Source: Anaerolineaceae bacterium (GTDB lineage Bacteria > Chloroflexota > Anaerolineae > Aggregatilineales > Phototrophicaceae). Taken from it: 24,000 nucleotides of DNA. A program made the position numbers and the translations under genes. The notes beneath the pieces were generated by a model. The model made no database searches and was not told the origin of the DNA. It saw only the letters and a list, made by a program, of their open reading frames with translations. The stretch is taken from NCBI GenBank assembly GCA_037441665.1, contig JBBIRQ010000001.1, positions 358,666 to 382,665 on the forward strand, written 5' to 3'. The first letter of the stretch is position 1; the number at the start of each line of letters is the position of its first letter. This document shows positions 7,735-16,177 of this stretch, piece by piece.

Positions 7735-8665
7735 TTTAGATTCCATTTTTAACGAGGATTGGCCACAAGACCATCGTTCAGGTGTTGTAGCCGTGGTCGG
7801 GCGACCGAATGTTGGCAAATCCACCCTCATCAACGCCATCATAGGGCAAAAAATCGCTATCGTCGCCCCCAAACCGCAAACAACCCGACGGCAACAATTA
7901 GGCATCTATACCACCCCGCGCGCGCAAATTTTATTCGTAGATACGCCCGGTATTCACAAAGCGCACCATCGCTTGGGGCAATATATGGTGGATGTCGCCA
8001 CCCGTGCCCTGCAAGATGCCGATATTATCCTATGGATAGTGGATATAACGTTACCTCCGCATCCCGAAGACCGCGCCATCTCTGCGACTATCGGCGACAG
8101 AGCGCCGCAAACGCCCCTTGTGCTCGTCTTCAACAAGATAGACAAAATCAACGCCGAAGCCACCGCGCATGTCGAAGCGTTTAACGCCCTCGTAAAAGCC
8201 CATAGCCAGTACCGCATCAGCGCCTTAAACGGCCTTGGCATTGCGGATTTGCTCGACGCGCTCTTATCGCTACTGCCTACCGGCCCACGTTTTTACCCCG
8301 CGGACCAAACGAGCGAAGTCAACATGCGGTTTATCGCCAGCGAAATCATCCGCGAAAAAGTCATCCTGCATACCGAAAAAGAGGTCCCACATGCGGTCGC
8401 CGTCGAAATAGATAGCTACCAAGAGGAAGAAACGCGCGTTGTCATCAGCGCCATCATTTATGTAGAGCGCGATTCCCAAAAAGGTATCCTCATCGGCAAA
8501 GGTGGGCAAATGATTAAGGCTATCGGTAGCGCGGCACGCCAAGAGCTAATAGAACTGCTAGAGACGCCCGTACACCTCGACTTACGAGTAAAAGTGCTAC
8601 CCAACTGGCGAAGCGACCCCCGCCTACTAAAACGCTTGGGCTATAAAGTCGAAAGCGATGATTAA
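7727..8665 (+). CDS. era: GTPase Era
   Basis: 312 aa with G1 GRPNVGKST, G3 DTPG and G4 NKID, plus a C-terminal KH domain (VERDSQKGILIGKGGQMIK). Confidence 0.95.
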   Translation: MNDLDSIFNEDWPQDHRSGVVAVVGRPNVGKSTLINAIIGQKIAIVAPKPQTTRRQQLGIYTTPRAQILFVDTPGIHKAHHRLGQYMVDVATRALQDADIILWIVDITLPPHPEDRAISATIGDRAPQTPLVLVFNKIDKINAEATAHVEAFNALVKAHSQYRISALNGLGIADLLDALLSLLPTGPRFYPADQTSEVNMRFIASEIIREKVILHTEKEVPHAVAVEIDSYQEEETRVVISAIIYVERDSQKGILIGKGGQMIKAIGSAARQELIELLETPVHLDLRVKVLPNWRSDPRLLKRLGYKVESDD

Positions 8666-9606
8666 TCTACAGAGGTATACAAAGTCATCAAGGTAGCGCG
8701 CGCCGCGGCAATATCGGCGTGAATTTGCGCTTTCAAATCCGCTATCCCTGCGAACTTCTGTTCAGGGCGCAAGCGCGATTCAAAGGTAATGGTTAGCTCT
8801 TTGCCATAAATATCGCGGTCAAAATCGAGCAAGTGCGCCTCTACCGTGATATTTTCGCCCCTAAAAGTAGGACGGACGCCTATATTGGTCACAGCCATAA
8901 AGCGCTCTGCGCCCAATAGCGCCCAACCGGCGTAAACGCCATTAGACGGCAAGACGTAGCCTTCCCAAACGGCGATATTCGCGGTCGGGAAACCTAATTG
9001 CCGTCCGCGTTGGTCGCCTTTAACCACCTTGCCCGATACGGAATAGCTCCGCCCTAACCACTCGCGCACGCCATCTACAGCCCCTTCTTGAATGCGCTCG
9101 CGGATTTTGGAACTGCTGATGACAGCGCCTTCATCTGCATTGAGGATGAGGTCGAGCGTGTGCACCGTGAACCCTTTTTCGCGCCCTTGGGCTTGTAAAA
9201 AGTGAATATCGCCTTCGCGCTTGTAACCCATGGCGAAATCTGCCCCCACCCACAATGCCGACAACTTCAAATAGCGCGATAACTGGTCTACGAAATCGGC
9301 CGCGCGGATATGCCGTACCGATTCATTGAACGGATGGGTCACCACCCAATCAATCCCTAAAGACATCATCAACTCGGCGCGTTGTTGAGGTGTCGTTAAA
9401 TAATATCGCCCCTCTAATCCTTTGAGGACGGCGTCAGGATGTGGAAAGAATGTGAGCGCGACCGCATCGCGATTCGTCGCCCGCGCCTCGGCCACCAAAC
9501 GCTTGAGCAAAGCCTGATGCCCAATATGTAAGCCATCAAAAACCCCTATCGTGACGATAGAAGCTCTGGATACCTGTGCATCCGATAATTGATAAACATG
9601 ACCCAT
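8662..9606 (-). CDS. ribF: Bifunctional riboflavin kinase / FAD synthetase
   Basis: 314 aa with IGVFDGLHIGHQ (FAD synthetase nucleotidyltransferase motif) and LGFPTANI (riboflavin kinase). Confidence 0.95.
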   Translation of the reverse strand: MGHVYQLSDAQVSRASIVTIGVFDGLHIGHQALLKRLVAEARATNRDAVALTFFPHPDAVLKGLEGRYYLTTPQQRAELMMSLGIDWVVTHPFNESVRHIRAADFVDQLSRYLKLSALWVGADFAMGYKREGDIHFLQAQGREKGFTVHTLDLILNADEGAVISSSKIRERIQEGAVDGVREWLGRSYSVSGKVVKGDQRGRQLGFPTANIAVWEGYVLPSNGVYAGWALLGAERFMAVTNIGVRPTFRGENITVEAHLLDFDRDIYGKELTITFESRLRPEQKFAGIADLKAQIHADIAAARATLMTLYTSVD

Positions 9607-9651
9607 TAGTCGTTTCGTCCCTACTACCGCGTGAGCGCTATTGTATCAAAG

Positions 9652-10533
9652 TTATCTCAAAAATACTTTATGCGGCTTCCAATAATGACCTTTTAGGCTC
9701 GCCAGAATAGCCACCAATTGACCATCCTCGCCTATGGCGATAGCGCGCTCATCAGCCTTCGCATCAACACGCGCGAGATAACGCCCTTGGCGTATTGCCT
9801 GCGCTTCTTCCTCCGATACGGTTAGTTTTAGCCAATCATCAAAAGGAGTGAGTGGCGATTTTAGATAAGCGCCCCAATCTAAGGATGCCTCCAGCGCGTC
9901 TAAAGCCACAGCATCATCAATGCGAAAAGAGCCGCTCGCCAAGCGCCTTAAAGCGCTCAAGTGCCCACCCACACCCAAAACCTCGCCTATATCATGCGCC
10001 AAGCTCCGAATGTAGGTGCCTGCACCGCATACCACTTCTATTGTCAATTTAGGCGCTGACCATGCCACCAGATGCAGTTGATGGATGGTAACCGGTCGCG
10101 GCGTGCGGGCGACCACCTGACCAGCGCGGGCCAGCTCGTACAATTTGCGCCCGCCCTGCTTAATGGCGCTATACATCGGCGGGATTTGGTCGAAAGTGCC
10201 CACAAAAGAGGCTAAAACGGCTTCTATCTCCGTTTGGGTGATGCCGCCGAGGGGCTTTTCTGCGATGATAAGCCCTTCGGCGTCGTAAGTATCTGTACTG
10301 ACCCCCAAATGAATATCCGCGCGGTAGATTTTGGTTGTGTGCATCACATAATCGCTCAGGCGGGTTGCCGCGCCCAAACACACCACTAAAACGCCCGTCG
10401 CTAAAGGGTCAAGCGTGCCCCCATGCCCTACCTTATCGGATATGCCACGGGCTTTGAGCAAACGCCGAATGAACGCCACCACATCATGGCTCGTCACCCC
10501 TTGCGGCTTATCTATGTTCAAAAAACCGAACAT
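9652..10533 (-). CDS. truB: tRNA pseudouridine(55) synthase
   Basis: 293 aa with GFLNIDKPQGVTSHDVV and GHGGTLDPLATGVLVV, which contains the catalytic Asp. Confidence 0.95.
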   Translation of the reverse strand: MFGFLNIDKPQGVTSHDVVAFIRRLLKARGISDKVGHGGTLDPLATGVLVVCLGAATRLSDYVMHTTKIYRADIHLGVSTDTYDAEGLIIAEKPLGGITQTEIEAVLASFVGTFDQIPPMYSAIKQGGRKLYELARAGQVVARTPRPVTIHQLHLVAWSAPKLTIEVVCGAGTYIRSLAHDIGEVLGVGGHLSALRRLASGSFRIDDAVALDALEASLDWGAYLKSPLTPFDDWLKLTVSEEEAQAIRQGRYLARVDAKADERAIAIGEDGQLVAILASLKGHYWKPHKVFLR

Positions 10534-10542
10534 CAGCCATCA

Positions 10543-11523
10543 TCAAGCAGATTGACCACGCCGTACCACATCATCTAGCATCGGCAACACGCGCGCTTGT
10601 GCATCTGGGATGGGGCCGGCGATAGTTGCGCCCGCCGCCTGCTTGTGGCCGCCCCCCCCTAACTGGAAAGCGACCGCGCTCACGTCGTAACCGGGCTTAG
10701 AGCGCAAACTCAACTCAACCTCTCCTGTCTCGGTCTCTTTGAAGACAACAGCGACCACCGCTTCAGCAACGGTATTCAACAGGCTCACCAACCCCCCATC
10801 CGATGCATCGTTCAAGCCCACCGCTTGAAAATCGCTATACGCAATCCACGTGTGCACAATCTGATTGCGGAGTTCGACGCGCGGCAATGCTTGCTTCCAC
10901 AGGCGTATCACTTGATAAGAATGATTCTCTAGGGTTCGGGCCATAATTTGCGCTAACTGGGCGCCTTTTTCAATCAGGTCACGCGCAATATCCAAAGTCC
11001 GCGAGCTAACGCCACTGGTGCGGAAGCCTAAGGTATCGGTCACCAACCCTAACAACAGGCATTGAGCGACGGCCGCGCTCATGGTATACCCGGACATATG
11101 GCTTAGCCAATCATAGACAATCTCTGTCGCGGATACGGCGGAAGGCACAACCAAATGAACATCCCCAAACAGCGTATTGGTGGGGTGGTGGTCGAGATTG
11201 ATAATACGCCCGCTATGCGCCCGAGCATATTGGCCACAATGGCCCGTTCGGGGTTCATCGCTAGCGTCCGTAGAAATCATTACATCAAAGCGACCCTCCT
11301 TCAGTTCGGGGACGACGCTATCCGCCCCCGGACAAAAGGCCAGCGATTGCGGCACCCCGCCATCTACGGCCGCCACTACCGTTTTGCCCATCTCTTTCAT
11401 GGCATTGGCCAAACCCAACAGCGAGCCAATAGCATCGCCATCGGGGGATAGGTGCGTGACGATGACAATCGTTTGTGCCGCTTCGATGGTATGGGTGGCT
11501 TCAGTCCAGCGTGAAATTGTCAT
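10543..11523 (-). CDS. nrnA: DHH/DHHA1 phosphoesterase (NrnA-like oligoribonuclease/pAp phosphatase)
   Basis: 326 aa with SPDGDAIGS, NLDHH and GGGGHKQAAG (DHHA1 GGGH). It occupies the rbfA-truB position seen for NrnA/CnpB-type genes in Actinobacteria. Confidence 0.85.
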   Translation of the reverse strand: MTISRWTEATHTIEAAQTIVIVTHLSPDGDAIGSLLGLANAMKEMGKTVVAAVDGGVPQSLAFCPGADSVVPELKEGRFDVMISTDASDEPRTGHCGQYARAHSGRIINLDHHPTNTLFGDVHLVVPSAVSATEIVYDWLSHMSGYTMSAAVAQCLLLGLVTDTLGFRTSGVSSRTLDIARDLIEKGAQLAQIMARTLENHSYQVIRLWKQALPRVELRNQIVHTWIAYSDFQAVGLNDASDGGLVSLLNTVAEAVVAVVFKETETGEVELSLRSKPGYDVSAVAFQLGGGGHKQAAGATIAGPIPDAQARVLPMLDDVVRRGQSA

Positions 11524-11887
11524 CGGTCGCGGTATCCTCTGTAGCGGGGATGTGTAAATCGGCGATAATCTGATTCAAGCGCTCCCCGCGGGAAAGCGTC
11601 TCGTCCCAGTAAAATAGCAATTCAGGGGTGTTCCGTAAGCGAATCCGTTTGCCCACCTCGCGGCGCAAAAAACCATTCGCGCGGCGCAGACCGGCCAAGA
11701 CGTCCTCTTTGCGGGTCTCGTCCCCCAGCGCATTCACGTAAATCTTGGCGAACATCAACTCATTATCGAGCGTTACTTCGGTCACTGTCACCCCTTGTAA
11801 ACGAGGGTCAGACACCTCTTTCAGCAGTAATTCGCTCAAGATGTGACGGATACGGTCGGACATCCGCCCTTGTTTGATGGACATCAT
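11501..11887 (-). CDS. rbfA: Ribosome-binding factor A
   Basis: The RbfA core is RIRHILSELLLKEVSDPRL..VTVTEVTLDNELMFAKIYV. The ORF-track start at 12043 would overlap infB by 113 nt. An internal ATG at 11887 is preceded by GAAGGAGGTGG. The 3' end overlaps the nrnA start by 23 nt. Confidence 0.9.
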   Translation of the reverse strand: MMSIKQGRMSDRIRHILSELLLKEVSDPRLQGVTVTEVTLDNELMFAKIYVNALGDETRKEDVLAGLRRANGFLRREVGKRIRLRNTPELLFYWDETLSRGERLNQIIADLHIPATEDTATDDNFTLD

Positions 11888-11930
11888 TCCACCTCCTTCA
11901 TCTATTGGGCGTGGTTGGCCAACGCCCTCT

Positions 11931-13736
11931 CTAGACGCGCCGCATCTCGAAAAATTCGATACGGTCGCCCTCTTTGAACGCTTCAAAGTTATCAAGGCTG
12001 ACGCCACACTCAAACCCGGTGCGAACCTCGCGCACATCTTCATTAAAGCGCTTGAGCGATGTCACCCGCGCTTCCGGCAAGATGATGTCGCCGCCACGAC
12101 GGACGCGCGCTTTGGCATTGCGTCGGGCTTCCCCTTCTAGGATGTAACAACCCGCCACGACGCCAATTTTAGCGATGCGGAACAACTGGCGTACTTCGGC
12201 AACGCCAATGGTGACGGCCTCGTATGTTGGCTCTAACAAACCATTGAGGGCCAATTCAAGGTCTTCTAGTAGCTTGTAGATGATGTTGTATTGGCGAATT
12301 TCGACCGAGCGCGCATCCGCAGAAACGCGGGCGGCGTTATCCACGTTCACATTAAAGCCGACGATGACCGCGTGCGATGCGCTAGCTAACATGACATCGC
12401 TTTCTGTGATGTTGCCGACGTCTGCCAACAATATCCGCACGCCGATGCCTTGTTCGTTTTCTTCGCTCAGCTTTTTGATGGAATCCACGATAGGTTGCAA
12501 AGAGCCTTGCACATCTACCTTTAAGATGATGTTGAACTCTTTGGCTTGCCCGGCTTGGAATTGTGCGAATAAATCTTCAAGGGTCAAGGCGGGGGCGGCG
12601 GGCTGTCCACGGCGGCTCTCGGCCTCGTTCAAACGACCTTCTACCAAAGCGCGCGCCTCCTTATCGTGCTTGACGCGCTCGAACATTTCGGCGGGTTCGG
12701 GCGGCGTATTCAAACCCAAAACCGATACCGGCATAGAAGGGCCGGCCTCGTTCACTGCCGCGCCAGATGCGTCAAACATCGCTTTAATGCGGCCATAGGC
12801 CACCCCAGCGACGATAGTATCGCCGCGGCGAAGCGTGCCATTCATCACCAACAAGGTGGCGACAGTCCCGCGGTTGCGCTCAATCTTCGATTCGATGACT
12901 GTACCGCGGGCGATACCCTTAGGATTTGCTAGGATTTGGTTATCATCTGCCACCAGCAAAAGCGCCTCCAGCAAATCATCTATGCCTTGGCCTGTCGGCG
13001 CAGAGACGGGCACCATCAAGGTATCGCCATCCCAATCATCGGGGGTCAGCCCCAATTCTACTAATTGTTGCTTGACTTGGTCTACATTGGCGTTGCGTTT
13101 ATCCACTTTGGTAATCGCCACCACGATAGGCACATTGGCGGCGCGCGCATGGTTGAGCGCCTCGCGGGTTGTCGGCATCACGCCATCATCTGCCGCCACC
13201 ACCAAAATGGCGATGTCCGCCCCGGCCGCCCCCCGCGCCCGCATCGCCGTGAAGGCTTCGTGACCGGGCGTATCCAGAAAGGTGATAAGCCGTCCTTGAT
13301 GTTTTACCTGATAAGCGCCGATATGCTGGGTGATACCTCCGGCCTCTCCGGCGGCGACGTTGGTTTTACGGATAGTGTCTAATAACGTGGTCTTGCCGTG
13401 GTCTACATGCCCCAAAATGGTCACGATAGGCGGGCGCGGGACCATGTCTTCCGCCTTTTCGTCGTAGTAAATGCGTTTCCATTTTTCGGCTGTTTTTTCC
13501 GCGCGCGCTTGCGCTTCTTGGGCTTCTTTTGCCTCGCTGGCAGACTGCGCTTCAAACCCCATATCGGCGATGACGATTGCCGCTGTATCGAAATCAATCT
13601 GCTGGTTGATCGAGGCCATGATGCCATTGGCGATGAGCCGTTTCATCACATCAATGGGGCTAGCGTCCATCAGTTCTGCCAATTCGCGCACCGTCAAATA
13701 GTCGGGGACGAGAATAGCTTGTTTATGTTGTGCCAT
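11931..13736 (-). CDS. infB: Translation initiation factor IF-2
   Basis: G domain motifs [20 protein letters not shown] and ITKVDK, with a typical IF-2 C-terminus. The track's GTG at 13742 is itself part of an AGGAGGTG Shine-Dalgarno sequence, so I call the ATG at 13736 (MAQHKQ..). Confidence 0.95.
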   Translation of the reverse strand: MAQHKQAILVPDYLTVRELAELMDASPIDVMKRLIANGIMASINQQIDFDTAAIVIADMGFEAQSASEAKEAQEAQARAEKTAEKWKRIYYDEKAEDMVPRPPIVTILGHVDHGKTTLLDTIRKTNVAAGEAGGITQHIGAYQVKHQGRLITFLDTPGHEAFTAMRARGAAGADIAILVVAADDGVMPTTREALNHARAANVPIVVAITKVDKRNANVDQVKQQLVELGLTPDDWDGDTLMVPVSAPTGQGIDDLLEALLLVADDNQILANPKGIARGTVIESKIERNRGTVATLLVMNGTLRRGDTIVAGVAYGRIKAMFDASGAAVNEAGPSMPVSVLGLNTPPEPAEMFERVKHDKEARALVEGRLNEAESRRGQPAAPALTLEDLFAQFQAGQAKEFNIILKVDVQGSLQPIVDSIKKLSEENEQGIGVRILLADVGNITESDVMLASASHAVIVGFNVNVDNAARVSADARSVEIRQYNIIYKLLEDLELALNGLLEPTYEAVTIGVAEVRQLFRIAKIGVVAGCYILEGEARRNAKARVRRGGDIILPEARVTSLKRFNEDVREVRTGFECGVSLDNFEAFKEGDRIEFFEMRRV

Positions 13737-13818
13737 AGGCACCTCCTAGTTGCACACAGAACGATGGACTTATGCAATCATCATGCGCCACCGTTCCTGA
13801 TAAAGATAAATGTTCATA

Positions 13819-14094
13819 TTAGCGCGGTTGCCCTTCGAGAAGCTGTTGACGGTCTTCATCGGTCAACAGCGTTCGCAAGGCTTTAGCTAAAGCGTCTGTG
13901 CGGATGGCGCGCGACCAGCATTGCGGATTATCGCATAGATACGCGCCCCGCCCCGCCATTTTGCCGCTCTTATCAATGGCGATACCTGTAGGACCGCGCA
14001 CAATGCGGGTTAATTGCCGCTTTGCGTCTTTTTCGCGACAAATGACGCATGTGCGTTGGGGAATGTGTTTACGACGTGCAACTGCTGGTGTCAT
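13819..14094 (-). CDS. ylxR: YlxR/RnpM-family (DUF448) RNA-binding protein
   Basis: 91 aa with QRTCVICREKDAKRQLTRIV and GRGAYLC. It lies in the canonical position between nusA and infB. Confidence 0.9.
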   Translation of the reverse strand: MTPAVARRKHIPQRTCVICREKDAKRQLTRIVRGPTGIAIDKSGKMAGRGAYLCDNPQCWSRAIRTDALAKALRTLLTDEDRQQLLEGQPR

Positions 14095-14117
14095 AACGCC
14101 AAACGCCCATCACCTCA

Positions 14118-16043
14118 TTAAAAATCATCCCAGTCAACGCCGCCGCGGCGATTGCCTTTGCGTTGCCGCTTGGCTATCATCTTGCCGGTCTTCTCATCAA
14201 AGACCAGCTGGCGCCCTTTCTTTTGCCCCTTCTTTTTATGTTTCTTAGAACGACTGATGATTTCTTCATCTTCTTCATCGTCGTCATAATCATACTCATC
14301 AAAATCTACGACGGCTTCGCGCTTTTCCGCTTTGGGGCGCGCCTCGGAGGCGGCTACCGTTGGCACGAGCGCTTCGTTACCAAAAGCATCCCATAAGGGT
14401 TCATCTATCGCCTCTTCAAGGCTTGGTTCTGGCGTCATCGCTGGCTCATCCGTCGCCAAAGGCACTTCTTCAGCCTCTGGGGATAGTACGTCTGCTTCTG
14501 GCAGGGCTTCTTCTTCGTCTTCGTCCAGTTCGCCTAGCTCCTCAAAGTCGGGGAATACCGCTTTATCCAAGGCCGTTTGTACTTGCGTTAAAGCATCAGC
14601 CCCTACATCAGCGAGCAAGCGGCGGATACGGTCTTCGTCTATCAGGAAGCGCAACATCACTTCGCCAGCATTACCCAACGGCTTCAACGCTTCGATAATC
14701 TCATCAGAAAGGTCTAAATCTTCCACGGAAATGGTAAAGGCGTTAGCGGGCAAAGTCGCTTTAACCGCGTTGATTTCCTCACGGCGGCGCTGGCGCGAGC
14801 GCTCCCGTTCGGCGAGCAGGCGGCGTTCGACCAAATCCGCAAATTTGCCCAAGAGGTTCAGCTCTTCGGCGGTCACCGCGCGATTTTGGGCGCGCTTTTC
14901 TATCACACGCTCCACATCGGCCACCATATCGGCATATTGTTCGCGTATTTCCGCCAACATCGGCTGATGCAAATTGGATAACGCCCAATTAACCGCTTCT
15001 GGCACGCTCTTGATGTCAATACGCCAGCCCGTCAGCTTGGCGGCGAGGCGCGCATTCTGGCCTTCCCGCCCGATGGCGAGCGATAGTTGGTCATCAGGGA
15101 CGATGACTACTGCCGTCCGTCCGCTATCGGGGTCATCCTCAAGATAGACACCCGTCACGCGCGCCGGCTTTAGCGCTTCTGAGATAAATTGCTCGTGGTT
15201 GGGCTTCCATTCGATAACATCAATTTTTTCGTCGTGCAGTTCCTTGACGATGTTTTGGATACGCACGCCGCGCATGCCTACGCAAGCGCCAACGGGGTCT
15301 ATCCCGTCTTGGAGCGCGGCCACAGCCACTTTAGAGCGGTAACCCGCTTCGCGGGCGATACTTTTAATTTCAATCTGCCCGTTGAAAATTTCGGGCACTT
15401 CGTACTCTAGCAAGCGGCGCAACATATTGCGGTGGCTACGGCTCACGATAATTTGCGGCCCTCTATTGGTGCGCTTCACTTCTAGGCAATAGGTCCGTAG
15501 TTTTTCGTGCGGGCGGTAACGCTCGCCGGGGATTTGCTGATTGCGGGGCATGATAGCTTCTGCGCGCCCCAAACTCAAAGTGACCATAGAAGCGTTAACG
15601 CTCTGGACCGTGCCCGTGATTAAATCGCCCGCGCGGTCGGCGAATTCATCATATAAAGCGTTGCGTTCGGCCTCGCGTATCTTTTGCAAGATAACTTGCT
15701 TAGCGGTTTGTGCGGCAATGCGGCCAAAACGCTTGGTCGAACCTTCTACTTGTACCATCACCATATCGCCCAACTGCGCTTCGGGTTCATAAAAGCGCGC
15801 GGTCTCTAGGGTAACTTCTGTCGAATCGTTGAAAATCGCATCAACGACCTCTTTTTCTACGAAAATGCGCGCCCGACCTGTATTGGGGTCTATGCGCGCC
15901 TCCACACGTTGGGCGGAACTGGCATTCGCGTCGCGCCGATAGGCGGAGACTAATGCAGATTGTAGCGCTTCGATGACGACTTCACGGGGTAAGGCCCGCG
16001 CCTCTGCGATTTCATTAAAAGCGGTTTCTAAATCGTTCGCCAT
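14118..16043 (-). CDS. nusA: Transcription termination/antitermination factor NusA with a long C-terminal extension
   Basis: The first ~345 aa are a canonical NTD-S1-KH1-KH2 ([11 protein letters not shown].., [48 protein letters not shown]). A further ~295 aa follow, described in the findings. Confidence 0.95.
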   Translation of the reverse strand: MANDLETAFNEIAEARALPREVVIEALQSALVSAYRRDANASSAQRVEARIDPNTGRARIFVEKEVVDAIFNDSTEVTLETARFYEPEAQLGDMVMVQVEGSTKRFGRIAAQTAKQVILQKIREAERNALYDEFADRAGDLITGTVQSVNASMVTLSLGRAEAIMPRNQQIPGERYRPHEKLRTYCLEVKRTNRGPQIIVSRSHRNMLRRLLEYEVPEIFNGQIEIKSIAREAGYRSKVAVAALQDGIDPVGACVGMRGVRIQNIVKELHDEKIDVIEWKPNHEQFISEALKPARVTGVYLEDDPDSGRTAVVIVPDDQLSLAIGREGQNARLAAKLTGWRIDIKSVPEAVNWALSNLHQPMLAEIREQYADMVADVERVIEKRAQNRAVTAEELNLLGKFADLVERRLLAERERSRQRRREEINAVKATLPANAFTISVEDLDLSDEIIEALKPLGNAGEVMLRFLIDEDRIRRLLADVGADALTQVQTALDKAVFPDFEELGELDEDEEEALPEADVLSPEAEEVPLATDEPAMTPEPSLEEAIDEPLWDAFGNEALVPTVAASEARPKAEKREAVVDFDEYDYDDDEEDEEIISRSKKHKKKGQKKGRQLVFDEKTGKMIAKRQRKGNRRGGVDWDDF

Positions 16044-16084
16044 AATCCTACTCTATACCCCCACCGCACTGATAGGGCCATGCT

Positions 16085-16118
16085 ATTAAAACGAAAAGTG
16101 GGGTTGGCCCACTTTTCG
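16085..16118 (-). terminator. Intrinsic terminator in the nusA leader, downstream of the large membrane-protein gene
   Basis: An 11-bp perfect stem pairs 16092-16102 (CGAAAAGTGGG) with 16108-16118 (CCCACTTTTCG) around a 5-nt loop. On the minus strand the stem is followed by TTTTAAT. There is no T-tract on the plus strand. Confidence 0.65.
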
Positions 16119-16141
16119 CAAAAACACTTCGACTAATCAAA

Positions 16142-16171
16142 ATTGTAACATGGTGTCTTTCACCATGTCAA
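16142..16171 (-). promoter_or_regulatory. Near-consensus sigma70-type promoter reading into nusA
   Basis: The minus strand reads TTGACA (16171-16166), an 18-nt spacer, then TACAAT (16147-16142). The spacer is almost entirely a perfect inverted repeat, ACATGGTG-N5-CACCATGT (16148-16168). The predicted transcription start near 16135 gives a ~90-nt leader containing the terminator at 16085-16118. Confidence 0.6.
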
Positions 16172-16177
16172 GGCGAA

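Noticed and set aside
11888-12043. N-terminal 52-aa extension of the rbfA ORF given in the track (start at 12043)
   Set aside because: It would overlap the infB 3' end by 113 nt, and the extension has no RbfA homology. A strong GAAGGAGGTGG Shine-Dalgarno sequence sits directly before the internal ATG at 11887.
12280-13886. Several 76-172-aa plus-strand ORFs antisense to infB
   Set aside because: All are nested in the IF-2 CDS. The Ser/Ala/Arg-rich translations are typical of antisense frames.
14163-14988. Plus- and minus-strand ORFs (up to 211 aa, Ser-rich) overlapping the nusA 3' half
   Set aside because: They are mirror images of the Glu/Asp-rich NusA extension (GAA/GAG read antisense as TTC/CTC, and so on). 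There is no independent support.
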